Part shown: positions 59,404 through 64,000 of the stretch, piece by piece
Layout of the letters: each line of letters starts with the position of its first letter
How positions within the stretch are numbered: the stretch's first letter is position 1
DNA from: an uncultured bacterium
GTDB taxonomy: Bacteria; Oederibacteriota; JAAXVQ01; JAUVAV01
DNA: 64,000 nt
Assembly (NCBI GenBank): GCA_964630235.1
Contig: CAZVUO010000001.1
Coordinates: forward strand, 254,588 to 318,587
Direction of reading: 5' to 3'
Notes under the pieces: model-generated
Told to the model about the DNA's origin: nothing
The model's input: only the letters and a program-made list of their open reading frames with translations
Databases searched by the model: none
Position numbers and translations under genes: made by a program

Positions 59404-59485
59404 GTCATTGCGAGCGATTTTCCGCGAAGCAATCTCGTTCTGGCTGTCTCCCAGATTGCTTCGTCCCTCTGGTCCTCGCAATGAC
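59404..59485. repeat. Nested perfect inverted repeats (palindromic, REP/MITE-like element).
   Basis: The outer arms GTCATTGCGAG (59404-59414) and CTCGCAATGAC (59475-59485) are perfect complements. So are the inner arms CGAAGCAATCT (59425-59435) and AGATTGCTTCG (59453-59463). Confidence 0.85.
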
Positions 59486-59518
59486 TGCCAATACCAGACC
59501 ATAAAGCACCTGTTGCCG

Positions 59519-60238
59519 CTACAGCTTGAACCCCGCGGCTTTGGCGTCTTGGTCGAACATCTTCACCGTATCCAGGGAAACATTCTCCAGGTCCCGTCCC
59601 ACGAGGCCCAGTTTCTTCTGGATGTCCGGGGTCAGGGTGATAATATCGCAACCGCACGCCTCGGCCTGGAAAATATTGAGCACTTCCCGCGGACTCGCCC
59701 ACAACAGCCGGCAGGCAGGGCGGGCGCGCAGGGCCTGCTTGGCCGCGCGCATGACCGGCTCGGGGTCGCGGCCCGTGTCCGCGATCCGGCCGGCGAAGAC
59801 CGACACGATGCACTTGGTGCCCGGGGCCAGACACGGCGCCACGGCCTTGACCTGTTCCAGGGAGGCGCAGGCCGTGACATTGACGCTCACGCCGTCCCCC
59901 GTCAGCCGGCTCAGCAGGGGCCCGGAAAATCCGCCCCGCGTGTCGGTGACCGGAATCTTCACGTTGACGTTCGGCCCCCAGCCCGCGATGAGGCGCGCCT
60001 GGCGCTCCATGTCCGCAAAGTCGTCGGAAAAAACCTCGAAGGAAATCGGCAGGTCCGGGATCAGGGCCAGGACCTGGCGAGCGAACTCCATGTAATCCGT
60101 CACCCCGGCCTTGCGCATGAGCGTCGGGTTGGTGGTGAATCCCCGGATCAGGCCCGACCGGTACGCCTCGGCCATGGCCGCAAGCTCCGCGCCGTCCGCG
60201 AAGAGCTGGATGCGGAGCTTCCGCAGGTCTGGGATCAT
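59519..60238 (-). CDS. Transaldolase / fructose-6-phosphate aldolase family protein (short form).
   Basis: MIPDLRKLRIQLFADGAELAAMAEAYRSGLIRGFTTNPTLMRKAG, NVNVKIPVT, VNVTACASLEQ. Start at ATG 60238 overlaps the upstream stop as ATGA. The 81-codon N-terminal extension in the track is rejected. Confidence 0.85.
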   Translation of the reverse strand: MIPDLRKLRIQLFADGAELAAMAEAYRSGLIRGFTTNPTLMRKAGVTDYMEFARQVLALIPDLPISFEVFSDDFADMERQARLIAGWGPNVNVKIPVTDTRGGFSGPLLSRLTGDGVSVNVTACASLEQVKAVAPCLAPGTKCIVSVFAGRIADTGRDPEPVMRAAKQALRARPACRLLWASPREVLNIFQAEACGCDIITLTPDIQKKLGLVGRDLENVSLDTVKMFDQDAKAAGFKL

Positions 60239-60837
60239 GGTTTGCCTCCGGCTCCGAGGATCAGGTCCACGGCCTGGCGCAGGTTCGGAACGCGAAAGTC
60301 CGGCCGGCTCCCGCCCCGCCGCCCGGCGGACGCGGGCTCGTCCACCAGAATGGTTCTGACCCCCGCGGCCAGGCCGCAGAAGATGTCCGAATCCTGATCG
60401 CCGATCAGCCAGGACCGGGCGAGGTCCAGTTGGAACGCGTCCCGCGCTTTCAGAAGGAAATAAGGTTTGGGCTTGCGGCATTCACACTCTCCCGTGTAAT
60501 CCGGCACCACGCCCTCTGGATGGTGGAAGCAGTAATAGTACTCCGTGAACTGGACGCCCTGGAGCTGGAAGGCCGCGTCCAGCTGCTGGTGGATGGCGCG
60601 GATGTTCTCCAGGCTGGTCTTGCCCAGCGCGTAGCTGGGCTGGTTGGAGACCAGGAACAGCAGAAACCCCGCGGCCTGCAGGCGCAGAAGTTCCTGGGAG
60701 ACTCCGGGCAGGAGCGCGAAATCGCCAGGCAGGTGCGGGGACTCGTGCTGCCGGGTCTCGGGATTGTAGACCAGCCGGTTCAACACGCCATCGCGGTCGA
60801 GAAAAACTGCCGTGGCCATCAGTGCAGGGACTCCCAT
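60235..60837 (-). CDS. gmhB: D-glycero-D-manno-heptose 1,7-bisphosphate phosphatase (HAD-IIIA).
   Basis: AVFLDRDGVLN, FLVSNQPSYALG, CECRKPKPY, WLIGDQDSDIFCG. The alternative start M7 at 60819 overlaps the gmhA stop as TGATG. Confidence 0.8.
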   Translation of the reverse strand: MGVPALMATAVFLDRDGVLNRLVYNPETRQHESPHLPGDFALLPGVSQELLRLQAAGFLLFLVSNQPSYALGKTSLENIRAIHQQLDAAFQLQGVQFTEYYYCFHHPEGVVPDYTGECECRKPKPYFLLKARDAFQLDLARSWLIGDQDSDIFCGLAAGVRTILVDEPASAGRRGGSRPDFRVPNLRQAVDLILGAGGKP

Positions 60838-61424
60838 TTCATTTCGTGGGCCTTGAGGTCCGGGTGCGAGACCAGCAGGTGCCAGACCACGGCCTGCATG
60901 GCCTCGGTATGCGGCGTGACGGTGTCCGCGTTCACGGTGGGGATGAGGATGACCGCATCCGCCGCTTCGGCGGTAAAACCGCCGTCCCGGCCCACGATGC
61001 CGAGAATGCGCGCGCCCCGCACCTGGGCCAGGCGCAGGGCTTGAACAAGATTCGTGCTCACGTGCCGCTCGAGGCTGCCGCCGCCCACGGAAAACACCAG
61101 GATCGCGTCCTGGGGCCCCAGCCGGCTGCCCTCCAGCCAGCGCAGGAACACATTCTCCCAGCCTTCGTCGTTGATGCGGGCGGTCAGCTCGGAAACATTG
61201 TCCGTCGGCGTATAGGCCTCGATGCCGGCGATCTTGCGGAAATCGTTGACCGCGTGCGAGGCATGCCCCGCACCGCCGCCCACGCCCAGGATGAACAGCC
61301 GCCCCTGGCGCTGCTTCAGCTGGACCAGCAGGTCCAAGGCCCGGCGCACGGCCTTGCGGTCGAGCCGGATGATGATCTCCTGCGCGTCCTGGAGATACTG
61401 GTCCACATAGTCATGGTTTTCCAC
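60819..61424 (-). CDS. gmhA: Phosphoheptose (sedoheptulose-7-phosphate) isomerase, SIS domain.
   Basis: RLFILGVGGGAGHASHAVNDF, AILVFSVGGGS, ILGIVGRDGG, TPHTEAMQAVVWHLL. Confidence 0.85.
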   Translation of the reverse strand: MENHDYVDQYLQDAQEIIIRLDRKAVRRALDLLVQLKQRQGRLFILGVGGGAGHASHAVNDFRKIAGIEAYTPTDNVSELTARINDEGWENVFLRWLEGSRLGPQDAILVFSVGGGSLERHVSTNLVQALRLAQVRGARILGIVGRDGGFTAEAADAVILIPTVNADTVTPHTEAMQAVVWHLLVSHPDLKAHEMKWESLH

Positions 61425-62145
61425 CGGACACCTCCTCCGGACCCTTCCGGCCTTCCAGGTACGCGCGGGTTTCAGCCAGTCCCTGGGGCGATCCGATCTC
61501 GTAAAAACGCTTCTTCACGGCGTATCCCAGAAGCTCTCCCCGCGCGACCAGACGCCGGAACACGTCGGTCAGATCTTCGCTGCCCTGCTCCGGCACCTCG
61601 GCCAGGGCCTCCCGCTTGAGCAGACTCAGTCCGTAATCAATATAGGTCATCTCCGGATCGGGGTTCTGCTTGTCGTAGCGGATCACAAACCCGACCCGGA
61701 CCACCGCATTGCTGCGGTCCCAGCGGTTCTGGTTCTCGTGGACGGTCATCAGGCCCAGCTTGTTCTGCGCCTGAAAAAAATGGTGCGCCGCGGACAGGTC
61801 CACGTCGAGATAGGAGTCGCCGTAGAGCACAAAAAATTGCCTGCCCAGCAGGGGCAGGGCTTTGCGCAGCGCGCCGGCCGTTCCCAGCAGGCGTTCCCCG
61901 TCCCGCGAGTACGTCACGGACAGGCCGAACGCGCTGCCGTCGCCCACATGGCGTTCAATGGCCTCGCCCAGATGCCCCGTGCACAGCACCACCTGTTCCA
62001 CGCCCTGGCCGCGCAGGCTCTCGAGCTGGTGATCAATGAAGGGGCGCCCCGCGACCAGAAGCATGGATTTCGGAGTCTGCCGGGTTTCGTCCTGCAGGCG
62101 GGTGGCCAGGCCTCCGGCCAGGATCGCGAGCGGCGGCAGGGTCAT
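61411..62145 (-). CDS. Sugar-phosphate nucleotidyltransferase (heptose-1-phosphate guanylyl/cytidylyl-transferase-like).
   Basis: N-terminal LAILAGGLATRL, PKSMLLVAGRPFIDHQLESL, GTAGALRKA, VLYGDSY. Confidence 0.78.
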   Translation of the reverse strand: MTLPPLAILAGGLATRLQDETRQTPKSMLLVAGRPFIDHQLESLRGQGVEQVVLCTGHLGEAIERHVGDGSAFGLSVTYSRDGERLLGTAGALRKALPLLGRQFFVLYGDSYLDVDLSAAHHFFQAQNKLGLMTVHENQNRWDRSNAVVRVGFVIRYDKQNPDPEMTYIDYGLSLLKREALAEVPEQGSEDLTDVFRRLVARGELLGYAVKKRFYEIGSPQGLAETRAYLEGRKGPEEVSGGKP

Positions 62146-63314
62146 GACCGTTTCCCCGCGGCCGGAGGCGAAAGCTTGGCGGCCAGGAGCTGCAACACCA
62201 GGGTGAACGTGAAGGTCTGGAACCCCAGGATCAAACTCAGCAGCCCGACCAGCGCGCTCTTGGAGATCGCCTGGAGCGTGAAGCCGGCCTCGACGTACTG
62301 CCAGCTGAACCCCACGAGCAGGGCCAGGCCCACGGCCAGCAGCAACAGGCCGGCCACCACGCCGCGGTCATACGCGAACCGGCGCACGTAGCGCCGGGTG
62401 CGTTCGGGATCCACTTGCAGGATCATTTCCGCCAGCACGCTCATTTGAAAGGCCGCGTACCCCACCACCCCCAGCGTAATGCCCAGAAACATGGCGTGCA
62501 CGGACAAAGCCAGGGGGCCCAGGCGCAGGGGATCCGGGCCCAGGGCGAGCAGCAGCACCAGCAGCAGTCCCAGGGCCATGGCCGCGATGCCCGGCCGCTT
62601 TAAAAAGAACCCCGGGAAATACAGGAACATCACCTTCACGTTGATCCATCCGGCCAGCCACGGCGACAGCCAGCCCGCGCGTTTATGGTGGCTGGCCCGC
62701 CCCTGCCGGTCCTTGTAGAACGCGATCGGGATCTCGGCGATCCGGAGCTTGAGCTGGGCCGCCTTGAGCACCATTTCCGAGGCGTATTCCCACGAGCTGG
62801 ATTCGAGATGCAGGCGCCGCAGGGCGTCGGTCCGGATCGCCCGCATGCCGCAGTGAATGTCGCTGTAGCGCGAACCGTACATATAGTTGAGGATCCAGGT
62901 GGTCAGCGGCGTGCCGAAATAGCGGTGCAGACCCGGCATGGCGCCGGGTTCAATGCGGCCGCGCAGGCGGCTGCCGATCACGAAGTCATGGCCCTCATCC
63001 AGCTTGCGGACAAACGCGCCAAGCTCGCGGAAGTCGTAGGTCAGGTCGGCGTCGCCCATGATCACGTACTCGCCGCGGATGTGCGGCAGGGCGTCAATGT
63101 ACGCCTGTCCCAGCCCGCGCTTGGGCACCTTGATGACCCTGGCGCCGTGCGCGGCGGCGATGCGCGGCGTGCGGTCCGTGGAGCTGTCCACGATCAGGAT
63201 CTCGCCCGTCACCCGGGCGCGGCGCAGGCCCTCCCGGCACCAGTCAACGAACTCGCCGATGGTGATCTCCTCGTTCAGGGCCGGCACCACGATGGACACG
63301 CGGGGTTTGCTCAT
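62142..63314 (-). CDS. Family 2 glycosyltransferase with a C-terminal multi-pass membrane domain.
   Basis: VSIVVPALNEE, ILIVDSSTDRT, GLGQAYIDA, IMGDADLTYD, followed by four or more hydrophobic helices. ATGA overlap with the downstream gene. Confidence 0.8.
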   Translation of the reverse strand: MSKPRVSIVVPALNEEITIGEFVDWCREGLRRARVTGEILIVDSSTDRTPRIAAAHGARVIKVPKRGLGQAYIDALPHIRGEYVIMGDADLTYDFRELGAFVRKLDEGHDFVIGSRLRGRIEPGAMPGLHRYFGTPLTTWILNYMYGSRYSDIHCGMRAIRTDALRRLHLESSSWEYASEMVLKAAQLKLRIAEIPIAFYKDRQGRASHHKRAGWLSPWLAGWINVKVMFLYFPGFFLKRPGIAAMALGLLLVLLLALGPDPLRLGPLALSVHAMFLGITLGVVGYAAFQMSVLAEMILQVDPERTRRYVRRFAYDRGVVAGLLLLAVGLALLVGFSWQYVEAGFTLQAISKSALVGLLSLILGFQTFTFTLVLQLLAAKLSPPAAGKRS

Positions 63315-63425
63315 GCAATCATCCTATCTTTGGTAATCACAAAGATTATCATCGTCTCCAGCGGCAGAGCGCACTCACCCTGTCACATCACGGGTCTGTT
63401 TGGTGCCGTTTGTTAATTTGCCGTC

Positions 63426-63520
63426 ATACCGGCCCAGTCCTGGCGGACTTGGGCCAGGGCGAAGGCCGGTATCCAGGAAGGTACCTTCGCGTTCTTTCTG
63501 GACCCCGGCTTTCGCCGGGG
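63426..63520. repeat. Two palindromic elements in the 235-bp gap between the methyltransferase and GT2 genes.
   Basis: ATACCGGCC (63426-63434) pairs with GGCCGGTAT (63464-63472) and has an inner imperfect stem. CCCCGGC-TTTC-GCCGGGG lies at 63503-63520. Confidence 0.7.
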
Positions 63521-63549
63521 TGACGAAAAATCAAAATATTCTGAAACAC

Positions 63550-64000
63550 CTACCCGCCTTCACTTGCGGCTCTTTTTTCTCTCTCGGCGAGCAGCAGCAA
63601 CTGCTGCCCCCAGGGGAACAGGTCGTTCACGAAGAACAGCCCGTACAACAACTGCGACGCGGCCTTCTGCGCCCAGCCGTAGCGGGACGCGCCGAAGCTT
63701 TGGTACATGCGCTCCGGCGCCACGCTGTTGATCAGCCGTTTGTACAGCGAGTGCAGGGGAAAACCCCAGCGCCGCAGGCGCTTCACCTGGAAACCGCGGC
63801 GCGCGAGTTCCGCCGCCAGCTCCGTCCCGGCGAAATGCCGCTGGTGCCCCACCATCCGGTCAATGGCGTAGCGCGGCCCGCACGGCACGGTGACAACCAC
63901 ATAGCGCCGCGCGGAGGCGCAGCAATGGCGCAGGCCCGCGCGCCAGTCGTTCAGGTGCTCCAGCACTTCGCTCGCCACCACCAGATCGAATTGACGGCCG
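63550..64000 (-). CDS. Class I SAM-dependent methyltransferase. The 5' end lies outside the window.
   Basis: The frame stays open to the window edge. The edge codons read ...FDLVVASEVLEHL, a typical methyltransferase post-II motif. The stop is at 63550. Confidence 0.7.
   Translation of the reverse strand, partial: GRQFDLVVASEVLEHLNDWRAGLRHCCASARRYVVVTVPCGPRYAIDRMVGHQRHFAGTELAAELARRGFQVKRLRRWGFPLHSLYKRLINSVAPERMYQSFGASRYGWAQKAASQLLYGLFFVNDLFPWGQQLLLLAEREKRAASEGG

Noticed and set aside
60239-60481. The 81-codon N-terminal extension of the transaldolase ORF (track entry 59519..60481).
   Set aside because: The extension is R/G/P-rich, overlaps the gmhB coding region, and transaldolase homology begins at MIPDLRKL (ATG 60238).
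1-64000. Mobile genetic elements, prophage, integrons or toxin-immunity pairs.
   Set aside because: No transposase, integrase, recombinase or phage structural motifs were recognised in any frame. The RHS-like giant gene could carry a toxin tip and be followed by an immunity gene, but that end lies outside the window, so nothing can be claimed.

Overview
High-GC (roughly 60-65%) bacterial window with no rRNA, tRNA, CRISPR or transposase/integrase genes that I could recognise. Two giant minus-strand genes fill about 63% of it. (1) An ORF starts at 16524 and runs off the left edge, giving at least 5508 codons. It is absent from the supplied ORF track because it has no stop in the window. It encodes a signal/anchor peptide, classic RHS/YD repeats, and about 11 kb of tandem 57-aa and 54-aa units, some of them 100% identical at DNA level. 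(2) An uninterrupted 8045-codon ORF (18702..42839) has an N-terminal anchor, acidic and Q/N-rich low-complexity tracts, at least four hydrophobic transmembrane blocks, 26 tandem ~74-aa repeats, a ~800-aa coiled coil, and an embedded complete SecA-like motor (NBD1, preprotein-binding-like insert, NBD2). Both giant genes sit behind near-consensus extended -10 promoters that share the word GTGATATACTT. Two paralogous apolipoprotein N-acyltransferase (lnt) genes flank giant gene 2. The right third is ordinary, tightly packed coding sequence: split transketolase, a GAF protein, cutA, a MEMO-family protein and an NHL-repeat protein. It continues with a T9SS-like trio (PorV-like/OmpA fusion, CTD-bearing cargo, PorV-like barrel), a lipid-linked glycan module (UbiE-like methyltransferase, GT2, FAD oxidoreductase, flippase-like protein) and a heptose nucleotide-sugar module (gmhA, gmhB, nucleotidyltransferase, transaldolase, GT2, methyltransferase). 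Small non-coding signals include an 88%-identical ~95-nt element in two divergent promoter regions, nested palindromic elements, and two strong hairpin terminators. Giant ORFs of this kind recall those reported from uncultivated Omnitrophota. That is a recollection, not something the sequence proves. All functional calls rest on motif recognition by eye, and no database search was possible.
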